The translations under genes and the position numbers were made by a program. A stretch of DNA of 64,000 nt, taken from NCBI RefSeq assembly GCF_018350175.1, contig NC_058368.1, forward strand, positions 165,480,001 to 165,544,000, written 5' to 3'. The notes below the pieces were generated by a model. The model saw only the letters and a program-made list of their open reading frames with translations. It searched no databases and was not told the origin of the DNA. Source of the DNA: Felis catus. Its lineage: Eukaryota. Positions 41,750 to 55,423 of this stretch are shown piece after piece (within the stretch, counting starts at the first letter, position 1; every line of letters starts with the position of its first letter).

Positions 41750-44700
41750 GTAATTGTTTTTGTGTTTTGCACTAAGTGTCTAAGAAATATAGAAATCATA
41801 AGAATGGATTTAAGAATAAGGATCTTTTTATCTTATCTTCCCTACTCCCCACCATATAATATTACACATAGTATATTATAGCACTTTGGAGATTTTGCAG
41901 ACACTCTTATTAAAAAACAGAAAGAAAAGAAAAAGAAAACAATCAGAAAATGGTTTACAGGGCCACAAAATTCGACTTGGCATAATCAAATCACAGTGAA
42001 CCTTCCCCACAAAATCATTTTGTTAGTGCCCTATGTTTAATGTACACCACCTAACAATTTATTGAAATTTTACAATTATACATAGTCCTTTCCCCACTTC
42101 TGATCCCAAAGAAAAGCACTTTTGATAATTCATTTTGCCACAATATATAGGAGAATTACTCATAGACTGCAGAGACCTTCACAAAATTCTTAATCAATAT
42201 ATTTGGGGCCCACAATTTCGTCATGTAGTTAATAAATAAACGTTGGTAGACAAATTAGCTTAAGTGATTCAAGGGCTGAACACAATACCAAGAGCAATGA
42301 GAAATTCATCCCACCTGAAGAGTAATTTGTATAATTAAAAAACATAAGCCAATGTGTAATCTTTGCTAATTTTGATGATGATGGTAGTTCATATTCAATC
42401 ATTAATTTATATTGAATGGACTTACCAGAAACCTGTTGACTGTGTTTTTCTTCTCCATGAAAAATATAAAACAAGCCTGTGTTCGGTGTTTGTGTGTGAT
42501 GGATTTGGCCAGTACAATCATTAACAGGCACTAAAACAAAATTACCTACAGTCCAGCATACTTAGCTGTTCTTAATCAATCCAGAACTGAGATCAAGCAC
42601 AGAAATGGTCAAATACCTTGGATTCCAAGACATATATAGGCTTTTTAAAAGACTCTGCATTTGTTTCCTCAAATTCAATGTGGTACCTTCTGCTTGTTTT
42701 CAGAGTATTGTCTAATTGATACAAAACAGCCAAAGGATATGTCAAGTGGATACGATTCCTAGACATGGAACCATCAGGCCATCAGGAAAAAATTTACTGA
42801 GCTATCTTTTATTCTGACCTATCCCCAAAGACAATTCCTCATGTATCAATTTTGGACCATTCCTTTAATTTTTCCTCCTGGTGCTTACCATCCAAGCTCT
42901 AAATACTATGTTTGTATCCATGGGTAATAGTTGTCATATTTAATGCATAGATCACAGGCACTGAACACTCACAAAGAACGTTTGTTCTGCCATTGTGTTC
43001 TGGTTGAATATCAGTCTAAAGCTTATTAAAAATTTTATATCAGTTTTTAAGAATACTTGGTAAATTTTCTGTCCCTGGGGCAAGCTTTGTAATACAGAAT
43101 AGGTGTACTTTATTTTATCTAATAAACTACTTGTGTTTATATAATTATATCATTATAAATTATTAACTTTATAACTTAAAATTGTAAAAGAACTATCTTA
43201 TAAATGTTCATCAAATATAGAGTACACAGTTGAACATTTTTTTGTTTGCCTTCCACCAAGGGTTCATGCCATGTAGAAGTTGTTTTCATAGTTGGAAGAT
43301 ACTACTTCTCATAAGATCTTTTTGTAAATGTATTTTTAATTGCCTTTCCTTTTTCTTGATGACAGTAGGAATATTTATATGATATCTCACTGTTAAATAT
43401 TATAGTTCATATTTAACTTTTTTCCTACAAAGCTATCATTTTATGATGCATTTTACTGCACTGTCATTTGTCTTGAATACCATGCCTTTTTTTCTGACAT
43501 TCTCAAGTATTTGACTTAATGATTTGGTGGGAAAAACCCTTATTGACTATGATTACATATGCTCAGTTTAAAAAGCATTTGTCCTTCAAATTTAAAGGCT
43601 TTTCTCCATTGTCTTCCAGTACCAGTGATACTGATAATACTGCTCTTAATTGGAATCACATTTTATTATTATTAACAAACTTATTCTACACAGGAATTTT
43701 TAGAAGCTTCTATTTAACTTTGGCATCCAGAAATCTCACAAAAAGTGTCTAAATATTAGAGTTATATGCTTAATTTACCACATCAGTAATATTTCATTTT
43801 TTTTCCCTTGGGATATATCATTTCCTTAATTGGTTTTGTTTCCCCTAGTTTTCCTTTCTAGTATTATAAAACACACTTTTGTCTATGTGGATTGACATAG
43901 CATGTACAAGATTTTTATCAAGTCTTATCTTCTCCATAGCCCTTAACCCCATCCCTCTAAATTATTTATTTTCTTTCCTGTTCTGAGATATTTTATTATT
44001 TTCTTACTGCTTTACAGTGTAAGGCACTGTAAACTTGCTGGTAGGCATTTGTGTCCAGGACAGAAGACAGGGCTCTCTGTACACAGTGGTCAGACTCAGT
44101 ATAGTGATGTTTAGTCTTTTAAACAGCTTCATTTCACTATAAAACACTTGGAAAACTTTAAGCAGTGCATTTATTCTTTAAATTTAGAAACGTAATATTT
44201 GAACTTGTGTATGTGTTATGGGCAAAGATAATTGATAAAAGTTTTATCAAAACACTATGTTAAGTATGTTTCCATGTACAGATTTTAATTAGTAAGTGTT
44301 TTTAAAATACATTAAAGAAAAATGGGTCTATATATTTAGCTCACTGGTCCAGTGTGTTATGGTCTCAACTATGATAAAGAATTATGGAAGTAAGGCAGTA
44401 AATTTTGCAATCGTTTATTGCTTAAAAGTCTAAATTCTTTGACAAGTTTTCTTTGGATTGTGTAAACTTCAAATTGAATTCAGTGGACATCCTGAGTAAC
44501 CTTCCTTTCTTGCTTGTCAGTAAGATTGTACTCCATGGTAATTAAGAGCATCGTCTGAACATCTTTGGGGTGAAGACAATATCTTGGAATTAGATACAGC
44601 TGGTGGCTGCCCAACATTGTACTTGCACTATGTGCCAGTGAGTTTTTCACTGTGAAATAGCTAATTCTGTTACATAAATTTTATCTCAATCGAAAAATAG

Positions 44701-44758
44701 AAAAAAAGACTTGTAGATGAACCAAGTTGGTAAAGTAAAGCTATACGGAAATTTTTAA

Positions 44759-45087
44759 AGTTTTTTTTTTTTTAATGTTTACTTCTTTTTGAGAGGGAGA
44801 GAGAGCCCACGAGTAGGGGAAGGCAGAAAAAGAAGGGGGCAGAAGATCCCAAGCAGGCTGTGTGTTGACAGCGGACAGCCCAATACAGGGCTTGGGCTTG
44901 AACTCCGGAACCATGAGATCATGACCCAAACCTAAGTCAGAAGTTTAACTGCCTGAACCACCCAAGTGCCCCTGAGTTGTTTTTTTGTTTTGTTTTAAGT
45001 AGGTTTCATACCCAACATGGGGCTTCAACTCATGATCCTGAGATCAAGAGTCGCTAACTCTTCTGACTGAGCCAGCCAGACAGCCCT
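44759..45087 (-). mobile_element. Dimeric CanSINE (short tRNA-like monomer plus full monomer)
   Basis: Two heads (ending 45086 and 44973); one TSD GCTATA(CG/TA)GAAATTTTTAA 44740-44758 and 45088-45106. Confidence 0.88.
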
Positions 45088-46724
45088 GCTATATAGAAAT
45101 TTTTAAGTGAACTTCATTACCTCAAGCAAATTTCAAGTAAATGGCAGATGGGATGGAGTTGAACTGATAAGGCCTTACACTTACAGTACCTTACAGTGGC
45201 TGCATCTTCTTTTGTGGATACCCTATCTTCTCAAATGTCATGGCACACTAAATATGTCATCTGAGTTCTCTTCCATTCTCTGAGCTATGTGTTTCCTCTG
45301 TGTTGAATTCTGTCATCATTCATGCACCTCTTTTTAGTGCTGATGGTTTTCCTCATTTGCCATAAGATCCTTGACTGTTGGCTTATTGCTCTAAATCAAA
45401 AACAAATTATTAATGTAATAATGTAATTTTCTTCTAATATATAAAGACACAGAAATGTCTATGTCTTTTTAGGGATGAATCTATCTCCTGCAACTTTTCT
45501 CTTTTGTGTGTTTAACAATCAGGAAGTTAGGCCAACACCACTCTCAACTATCATTAGCAATGCCAATATAAGAATGCTCTATCCAATTACCCAAGTCCTT
45601 GATCAGGAAGCCCCAGAAACAACTAATCAAGTGTGGTCTTTTTCTTTTTTTTCCTTTAAGACTAGTTCTACAGCTTCAAATTGGTGGTAAAGACCTCAGC
45701 TATAAATATGATGGGCAGAAGGAAAGGAAGTATGCAAATCTGAGCTATGATTTGGCTGATAGTATTTTAATCTGTCATCTAAATTTTAATCTTTTTCCTC
45801 ACTTCTGCTCTTAACAACTGAGGATTTCTAGAGTTCTGCAACGCTTCTCTTAGTGTACATTTTTCTTTCTTGTGAGATGTAACTCATTTTTTATTATTTC
45901 TGTTATTAATGCTGATACATCTCACTTCTCTCACTGCTTTTCTGGAAATATCCTCAAATATCCTTAAATACATTTAATAATGTAATTTCAAAAGATTTGG
46001 GAAGGAAAAATAATCTATGTTAATCCCATTTACATTCAGTTACATATTTTAGTTTCTTTGTTTCTATGTAGAAGCGATTTTGAAATATAAAATGAATTAG
46101 CTATCAGTTAGAAAAAAAACATTATTTTTAAATAGCTCCAGAAGTACAAATTTGTTTTATTATATATTGATCTAGATTCAGCTTTTTCTTATAGATCGAT
46201 GATATTCTTAGGTAATTGAGTTTTTTCTTCTTACAGTGAACAAAGATGAGGTGTTCTTTTATATAATTTCTCTCATTAGTCATTCACACAAATGGATCCT
46301 TATTTATTTTAATGATGTTCATTATCTGGTGGTTATTCTGTAATGAAGAAAGTTGATTTAAGGGAAATCTTAAAAAGTAAATTGACAATTGCTATGATTG
46401 ATATACAAATCTATCTGAAATAATCATTGTAATTTCTTTATAATTTTAGGAGTATGAATACTGCTAAGGAAAACACTTAGTAAATGAGATCACCAAAGGA
46501 ATGATTACACAGAGACAAGACAGTGTCAGACATTGTTATATCCAGAGAATGAGGGCATATATATTATACAAAGTAAATGTAGTCAGGAAATGAGAATAGT
46601 GAATAAATCTAGTCATGTTCATGTTCCCTTATTTTCTTCATAAAGAAATGTAAAAGTGACACTTAGATCAACGACTTTGGAAAGAGTGTGCAGAAAAAAA
46701 ACTTGTGCTTGTAAGGTTAATTAC

Positions 46725-47897
46725 TTTAGGACAAAGGAGGGAAGAATATATAATGGGGAAAAGATTGTTTCTTCAACAAATGGTTTTGGGTAAACTGGAC
46801 AGGTATATGCAAAAGAATGAAACTGAATTACTTTCTTAAGCTATGAAGAACAGTAAACTCAAAATGGATTAAAGACCTAAAGGTGAGGCCTGAAATCATA
46901 AAACTCATACAAGAGAACACAGGCAGGTATCTATTTGACATCATCTATAGAATTATTTTTCTAGATATGTCTCTTTAGGCAAGGGGAAAAAATCAACTAT
47001 GAGACTACACCAAAATAAAAAGGCTTTGCACAGAGAAAGAAACCATCAACAAAACAAGGCAACCTATTGAACGGGAGAAGGTATTTCCAAATAATTTATC
47101 TGTTAAGGGGTTAATATAAAAAAAAATCCAGAATGTAAACAACACCCCCCCACAAATAATCCAATTAAAAATGGACAGAGGACCTGAATAGACATTTTAC
47201 CCAAAGACATATAGATGACCAACGGACACATGCAAAGATGTTCACCATCACTGACCATAAGGGAAATGCAAATCTAAACTACAATAAGATATCATCTTAT
47301 ACCTGTTAGAATGGCTAGGATCAAAAACATGAGTAACACATGTTGGTAAGAATACTGGGTGGGAGGTAGGTAAGGTACCCTTGTACGCTATTGGTTAAAA
47401 TGCAAATTGGTACAGCCACTGTGGAAAACAGTAGGTGGGCTCCCCAAAAAATTAAAAAATAGAGTTACCCTAAGATCCAGTAATTCCACTACTGGATATT
47501 TAACAACAAAAAATTAAAACACTAAATGAAAACTATGTATGCACCCCTATGTTTATTGTAGCATGATTTACAATAGCCAAGATATGGAAGCAACCCAAAG
47601 TATCCATCCATAAATGAATGTATTAAAAAGAAGTGGTATATATACAACAGAGTATTAGTTGGTCATAAAACAAAACAAAACAAAACAAACAAAAAAACTA
47701 TGTTATCTGGTTATTTGCAACATGGATGGACCTGGTGGTGTCAGGGGAGAAGTGGGTAGTGGAGGGGATTGATGAGACAGATAAAGACAATAAGAGTACA
47801 CTTATTGTGAAAAGAACTCAATAAAACACAGAATTGTTGAATCATTATATTGTATTGAAACTAACACTGTGTTAATTGTGCTTCCATAAAAAAAAAT
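46725..47897 (+). mobile_element. 5'-truncated carnivore L1 (distal ORF2 plus 3'UTR)
   Basis: TTCAACAAATGG...GGATTAAAGACCTAAA...A-tail. Confidence 0.9.
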
Positions 47898-48009
47898 TTA
47901 AGTGTTTTGGACTAAGAGCTTAATATGAGATGTTGTGAATTATTTTTTGAAGGATAGCTGATCCATAAAACAATATAGTAATAAGATATAAATAAATATT
48001 AAATCTTTA

Positions 48010-48031
48010 AAAATATTTTAATGTTTATTTC

Positions 48032-48076
<45 letters not shown>

Positions 48077-48204
48077 CAGAATCAAAAGCAGGCTCCAGGC
48101 TCTGAGCTGTCAGCACAGAGCCCAACGCAGGGCTTGAACTCATGAACCATGAGATCATAACCTGAGCCAAACTTGGATGCTTAACTGAGCCACCTAGGCG
48201 CCTC
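48010..48204 (-). mobile_element. CanSINE with (GA)n
   Basis: Reverse SINE ending AGGCGCCTC; flanking AAATCTT repeats. Confidence 0.92.
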
Positions 48205-48289
48205 TGAAATCTTAATAATACATGTATACATATTTAAATAAGATATCTATTACATACTGAATTGATTACTAAGTATTGTTTATGGAATG

Positions 48290-48710
48290 AGGCATACCTG
48301 AGTTATTGTTCCAGTGAACTCCCAATGACTAGTTGTGGCACTTTGGGCATTTAAATTATTTATATTAAGACTCAATTTCCTTTTGTCTAAAATTTTATGT
48401 CTAAAATGACATAATTATACCCATCTTAAGTTATATGTATCATTAAATTTTATAATGCAGGTAAAGCATTCAGCATAATCTCTGACATATTCCAAGTCCT
48501 CAATGAATGTTAGGTCCATTTGTCAGCCTATTAATACTAACGACTTGTATGGTCTCATTTTATTACAAGTTGTGACTGTTATACCATTTTATAGATGAAT
48601 AACCTGACACTTAGGTTAAATATTATATCCAATATGCACATAGTATTTATCATAGCAAATCTAATGGTCAACTGGTATTTGATCCCCAAGTACCATCTCC
48701 AGAGCTCATT
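48290..48710. mobile_element. Two degenerate MIR fragments (opposite orientations)
   Basis: CTCAATTTCC...CTAAAATG...GTAAAGCATTCAGC (+) and CCATTTTATAGATGAATAACCTGA (-). Confidence 0.55.
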
Positions 48711-49731
48711 GACTAAACTTGAAAATTAATACTTCCTTTATATAATCATGACTAGTGTTGCTAGATAACATAGATCGGTTATTTTATCTACTATCTAGGG
48801 ACACTGATCATGATTATCTGAAGGAAATATTCACTGAAATAGTTAACAAGCTATTCCTGTATTAGAGGCATTAATGTGGATACAATGAGATAAGCAAGCA
48901 GGAAAAACACAAAGTAACTGCTCTCAAACAAGTCACATTCTAGAAAACAGATCAATATCATAACAGAGTCCACTATGAGCCGTTTCTTGTTTATGAAAGG
49001 CTAGTTTACTTGCATTAATCTTCCTGAATAACTATGTGATAATAGACGGGAAGGTTTTTTGTTTTTGTTTTTGTTTTTTTTTGGTGTGTGTGGTTTAATA
49101 ACAAAAGCATCAAAATGTTAAGTCCTAATAGTTAACATAACAAGAATTTATATCTGATTCCCTAGCTAATACAAAATATTTAGTCTTGAAATTGCCTTAA
49201 TGTGATTTTTAATTGGTAAAGCCACCAGATGCCTCACAGAAGCAGTTATTTCCACTCAAAGAGGGTTTCTATTCCTCAAAGTAACTTTACTGTATTCTTC
49301 AAAGTATCTATATAAATATATTATTTTTCAAATATTATGTTCAGCCAATGGCTATAAACAAAACATAGGAGGAAACTAGACTCAAAAAGCAAGAGCCTGC
49401 AAAAACACCAGAGACACACTCATTCCTAGTAATTCTGGAAAGAAAACATATAAAACACTAAAAAATGTTGAAATAAAAATGAGTGAGTTTAAGATCAGAA
49501 GAGGCAGAGCAGATTACGTTTCATGACAGAATATTTCATAAGAAATTCTTGCAAACATATAGGTAAGAGGAAAAAAAGATGTAAAATGCAGAAGATAACT
49601 GAAATTTGGCATAGCAAAAACAAGCTCTATGATGAACAATGGATAGATGAAGAAGGGATAGATTTTTTTTAAGTTATTAAATAAAATCCACTACAAATGA
49701 ATTTAAGTGGTTAAGAAGAAGATGGAATTGA

Positions 49732-50658
49732 GAGGTTTGCAAGATGGCAGCTTAGGAGGACGCTGGGCTCACCGTGCGTCCTGCTGATCACTTAGATTCC
49801 ACCTACACCTGCCTAAATAACCCAGAAAACCGCCAGAGGATTAGCAGAACAGAGTCGCTGGAGCCAAACGCAGACGAGAGGCCCACGGAAGAGGGTAGGA
49901 AGGGCGGTGAGGCGGTGCGCGCTCCACGGACTGGCGGGAGGGAGCCGGGGCAGAGGGGCGGCTCGCCGGCCAAGCAGAGCCCCCGAGTCTGGCTTGCAAA
50001 AGCAGAGGGGCCTGACTGACTGTGTTCCCACAACAAGCGCGACTTAGCCTCTGGGAGGTCATAAGTTAACAGCTCTGCTCAGAAAGCGGGAAGGCTGGAG
50101 GACAAAGCGAGGGAGAGCTGCTGAGCCCCCTGACAACAGAGCTCAGTTTCGTGGGGAACAAAGGCGCTCGCCAGCGCCATCTCCCCCGCCCATCCCCCAG
50201 CAAAAATCCCAAAGAGAACCAGTTCCTGCCAGGGAACTTGCTCGCTTTGCTCAAACACCCAACTCTGTGCTTCTGCGGAGCCAAACCTCCTGCAGCGGAT
50301 CTGACTCCCTCCCGCTGCCACAGGGCCCCTCCTGAAGTGGATCACCTAAGGAGAAGCGATCTAAGCCTGCCCCTCCTGCTCCTGTGCACCTTGCCTACCC
50401 ACCCCAGCTAATATGCCAGATCCCCAGCATCACAAGCCTGGCAGTGTGCAAGTAGCTCACATGGGCCACACCACCCCACAGTGAATCCCGCCCCTAGAAG
50501 AGGGGAAGAGAAGGCACACACCAGTCTGAGTGTGGCCCCAGCGGTGGGCTGGGGGCAGACATCAGGTCGGACTGCGGCCCCGCCCACCAACTCCAGTTAT
50601 ACACCACAGCACAGGGGAAGTGCCCCGCAGGTCCTCACCATGCCAGGGGCTATCCAAA
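49732..50658 (+). promoter_or_regulatory. L1 5'UTR internal promoter (CpG-rich) with YY1-like motif CAAGATGGC at 49740-49748
   Basis: Only long GC/CpG-rich stretch in the window; motif sits at the element 5' end as in other mammalian L1s. Confidence 0.75.
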
Positions 50659-51551
50659 ATGACCAAGCGGAAGAATTCCCCTCAGAAGAATCTCCAGGAA
50701 ATAACAACAGCTAATGAGCTGATCAAAAAGGATTTAAATAATATAACAGAAAGTGAATTTAGAATAATAGTCATAAAATTAATCGCTGGGCTTGAAAACA
50801 GTATACAGGACAGCAGAGAATCTCTTGCTACAGAGATCAAGGGACTAAGGAACAGTCACGAGGAGCTGAAAAACGCTTTAAACGAAATGCATAACAAAAT
50901 GGAAACCACCACAGCTCGGCCTTAAGAGGCAGAGGAGAGAATAGGTGAACTAGAAGATAAAGTTATGGAAAAAGAGGAAGCTGAGAAAAAGAAAGATAAA
51001 AAAATCCAGGAGTATGAGGGGAAAATTAGAGAACTAAGTGATACACTAAAAAGAAATAATATACGCATAATTGGTGTCCCAGAGGAGGAAGAGAGAGGGA
51101 AAGGTGCTGAAGGGGTACTTGAAGAAATAATAGCTGAGAACTTCCCTGAACTGGGGAAGGAAAAAGGCATTGAAATCCAAGAGGCATAGAGAACTCCCTT
51201 CAGACTTAACTTGAATCGATCTTCTGCACGACATATCATAGTGAAACTGGCAAAATACAAGGATAAAGAAAAAATTCTGAAAGCAGCAAGGGGTAAACGT
51301 GCCCTCACATATAAAGGGAGACCTATAAGACTCGTGACTGATCTCTCTTTTGAAACTTGGCAGGCCAGAAAGAATTGGCACGAGATTTTCAGGGTGCTAG
51401 ACAGAAAAAATATGCAGCCGAAATCCTTTATCCAGCAGGTCTGTCATTTAGAATAGAAGGAGAGATAAAGGTCTTCCCAAACAAACAAAAACTGAAGGAA
51501 TTTGTCACCACTTAACCAGCCCTACAAGAGATCCTAAGGGGGACCCTGTGA
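50659..51551 (+). pseudogene. ORF1: L1 ORF1p (RNA-binding chaperone), disrupted
   Basis: ATG at 50659 (MTKRKNSPQKNL...); motifs KRNNIRIIGVPEEEE, EIIAENFPEL, RHIIVKL; in-frame stops at 50923-50925 and 51187-51189, frameshift near 51422, another stop near 51513, terminal TGA 51549-51551. Confidence 0.93.
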
Positions 51552-51599
51552 GACAAAGTCCCAGAGACATCACTACAAGCATAAAATACAGACATCACA

Positions 51600-54500
51600 A
51601 TGACTCTAAACCCATATCTTTCTATAATAACACTGAATGTAAATGGATTAAATGCACCAACCAAGAGACATAGGGTATCAGAATGGATAAAAAAACAAGA
51701 CCCATCTATTTGCTGTCTACAAGAGACTCATTTTAGACCTGAGGACACCTTTAGATTGAGAGTGAGAGGATGGAGAACTATTTATCATGCTACTGGAAGC
51801 CAAAAGAAAGCTGGAGTAGCCATACTTATATCAGACAAACTAGACTTTAAATTAAAGGCTGTAACAAGAGATGAAGAAGGACATTATATAATAGTTACAG
51901 GGTCTATCCATCAGGAAGAGCTAACAATTATAAATGTCTATGCGCCGAATACCAGAGCCCCCAAATATATAAAACAATTACTCATAAACATAAGCAACCT
52001 TATTGATAAGAATGTGGTAATTGCAGAGGACTTTAACACTCCACTTACAAAAATGGATAGATCATCTAGACACACAGTCAATAAAGAAACAAGGGCCCTG
52101 AATGAGACATTGGATCAGATGGGCTTGACAGATATATTTAGAACTCTACATCCCAAAGCAACAGAATATACTTTCTTCTCGAGTGCACATGGAACATTCT
52201 CCAAGATAGATCATATACTGGGTCACAAAACAGCCCTTCATAAGTTTACAAGAATTGAAATTATACCATGCATACTTTCACACCACAATGCTATGAAGCT
52301 TGAAATCAACCACAGAAAAAAGTCTGGAAAACCTCCAAAGGCATGGAGGTTAAAGAACACCCTACTAACGAATGAGTGGGTCAACCAGGCAATTAGAGAA
52401 GAAATTTAAAAAATATATGGAAACAAACTAATATGAAAATACAACAATCCAAACGCTTTGGGACGCAGCGAAGGCAGTCCTGAGAGGAAAATACATTGCA
52501 ATCCAGGCCTATCTCAAGAAACGAGAAAAATCCCAAATACAAAATCTAACAGCACACCTAAAGGAACTAGAAGCAGAACAGAAAAGGCAGCCTAAACCCA
52601 GCAGAAGAAGAGAAATACTAAAGATCAGAGCAGAAATAAACAATATAGAATCTAAAAAAACTGTAGAGCAGATCAACGAAACCAAGAGTTGGTTTTTTGA
52701 AAAAATAAACAAAATTGACAAACCTCTAGCCAGGCTTCTCAAAAAGAAAAGGGAGATGACCCAAATAGATAAAATCATGAATGAAAATGGAATTATTACA
52801 ACCAATCCCTCAGAGATACAAACAATTATCAGGGAATACTATGAAAAATTATATGCCAACAAATTGGACAACCTGGAAGAAATGGACAAATTTCTGAACA
52901 CCCACACTCTTCCAAAACTCAATCAGGAGGAAATAGAAAGCTTGAACAGACCCATAACCAGCGAAGAAATTGAATCGCTTATCAAAAATCTCCCAACAAA
53001 TAAGAGTCCAGGACCAGATGGCTTCCCAGGGGAGTTCTACCAGACGTTTAAAGCAGAGATAATACCTATCCTTCTCAAGCTATTCCAAGAAATAGAAAGG
53101 GAAGGAAAACTTCCAGACTCATTCTATGAAGCCAGTATTACTCTGATTCCTAAACCAGACAGAGACCCAGTAAAAAAAGAACTACAGGCCAATATCCCTG
53201 ATGAATATGGATGCAAAAATTCTCAATAAGATACTAGCAAATCGAATTCAACGGCATATAAAAAGAAGTATTCACCATGATCAAGTGGGATTCATTCCTG
53301 GGATTCAGGGCTGGTTCAACATTCGCAAATCAATCAACGTGATACATCACATTAACAAAAAAAAAGAGAAGAACCATATGATCCTGTCAATCGATGCAGA
53401 AAAGGCCTTTGACAAAATCCAGCACCCTTTCTTAATAAAAACCCTTGAGAAAGTCGGGATAGAAGGAACATACTTAAAGATCATAAAAGCCATTTATGAA
53501 AAGCCCACAGCTAACATCATCCTCAACGGGGAAAAACTGAGAGCTTTTTCCCTGAGATCAGGAACACGACAAGGATGCCCACTCTCACCGCTGCTGTTTA
53601 ACATAGTACTGGAAATTCTAGCATCAGCAATCAGACAACAAAAGGAAATCAAAGGCATCAAAATTGGCAAAGATGAAATCAAGCTTTCGCTTTTTGCAGA
53701 TGACATGATATTATATATGGAAAATCCGATAGACTCCACCAAAAGTCTGCTAGAACTGATACAGGAATTCAGCAAATTTGCAGGATACAAAATCAATGTA
53801 CAGAAATCAGTTGCATTCTTAAACACTAACAATGAAGCAACAGAAAGACAAATAAAGAAACTGATCCCATTCACAATTGCACCAAGAAGCATAAAATACC
53901 TAGGAATAAATCTAACCAAAGAGGTAAAGGATCTGTATGCTGAAAACTGTAGAAAGCTTATGAAGGAAATTGAAGAAGATTTAAAGAAATGGAAAGACAT
54001 TCCCTGCTCATGGATTGGAAAAATAAATATTGTCAAAATGTCAATACTACCCACAGCTATCTACACATTCAATGCAATCCCAATCAAAATTGCACCAGCA
54101 TTCTTCTCGAAACTAGAACAAGCAATCCTAAAATCCATATGGAACCACAAAAGGCCCCGAATAGCCAAAGGAATTCTGAAGAAGAAGACCAAAGCGGGAG
54201 GTATCACAATCCCAGACTTTAGCCTCTACTACAAAGCTGTCATCACCAAGACAGCATGGTATTGGCACAAAAACAGACACATAGACCAATGGAATAGAAT
54301 AGAAACCCCAGAACTAGACCCACAAACGTATGGCCAACTCATCTTTGACAAAGCAGGAAAGAACATCCAATGGAAAAAAGACAGCCTCTTTAACAAATGG
54401 TGCTGGGAGAACTGGACAGCAACATGCAGAAGGTTGAAACTAGACCACTTTCTCACACCATTCACAAAAATAAACTCCAAATGGATAAAGGACCTAAATG

Positions 54501-55423
54501 TGAGACAGGAAACCATCAAAACCTTAGAGGAGAAAGCAGGAAAAGACCTCTCTGACCTCAGCCGTAGCAATCTCTTATTCGACACATCCCCAAAGGCAAG
54601 GGAGTTAAAAGCAAAAGTGAATTACTGGGACCTTATGAAGATAAAAAGCTTCTGCACAGCAAAGGAAACAACCAACAAAACTAAAAGGCAACCAACGGAA
54701 TGGGAAAAGATATTCGCAAATGACATATCAGACAAAGGGCTAGTATCCAAAATCTATAAAGAGCTCACCAAACTCCATACCCAAAAAACAAATAACCCAG
54801 TGAAGAAATGGGCAGAAAACATGAATAGACACTTCTCTAAAGAAGACATCCGGATGGCCAACAGGCACATGAAAAGATGTTCAGCGTCGCTCCTTATCAG
54901 GGAAATACAAATCAAAACCACACTCAGGTATCACCTCACGCCAGTCAGAGTGGCCAAAATGAACAAATCAGGAGACTATAGATGCTGGAGAGGATGTGGA
55001 GAAACGGGAACCCTCTTGCACTGTTGGTGGGAATGCAAATTGGTGCAGCCGCTCTGGAAAGCAGTGTGGAGGTTCCTCAGAAAATTAAAAATAGACCTAC
55101 CCTATGACCCAGCAATAGCACTGCTAGGAATTTATCCAGGGGATACAGAAGTACTGATGCCTAGGGCCACTTGTACCCCAATGTTCATAGCAGCACTCTC
55201 AACAATAGCCAAATTATGGAAAGAGCCTAAATGTCCATCAACTGATGAATGGATAAAGAAATTGTGGTTTATATACACAAGGGAATATTACGTGGCAATG
55301 AGAAAAAATGAAATATGGCCTTTTGTAGCAACGTGGATGGAACTGGAGAGTGTGATGCTAAGTGAAATAAGCCATACAGAGAAAGACAGCTACCATATGG
55401 TTTCACTCTTCTGTGGATCCTGA
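51600..55423 (+). pseudogene. ORF2: L1 ORF2p (endonuclease / reverse transcriptase), frameshifted
   Basis: EN motifs TLNVNGLN, CLQETH, KIDH; RT motifs [16 protein letters not shown]-terminal CWRGC...HCWWEC. Split into ORF-track pieces 51600-52409, 52756-53229 and 53201-55423 by a +1 insertion near 52407, a TAA at 52429-52431 and a 2-bp loss near 53180. Confidence 0.95.

Noticed and set aside
49774..50714. Short sense and antisense ORFs in the L1 5'UTR (ORF0-like?)
   Set aside because: Expected in GC-rich sequence; several lack a true ATG; no recognisable similarity to primate ORF0
50922..54585. Antisense ORFs of 98-186 aa over L1
   Set aside because: Shadow ORFs of A-rich L1 coding sequence
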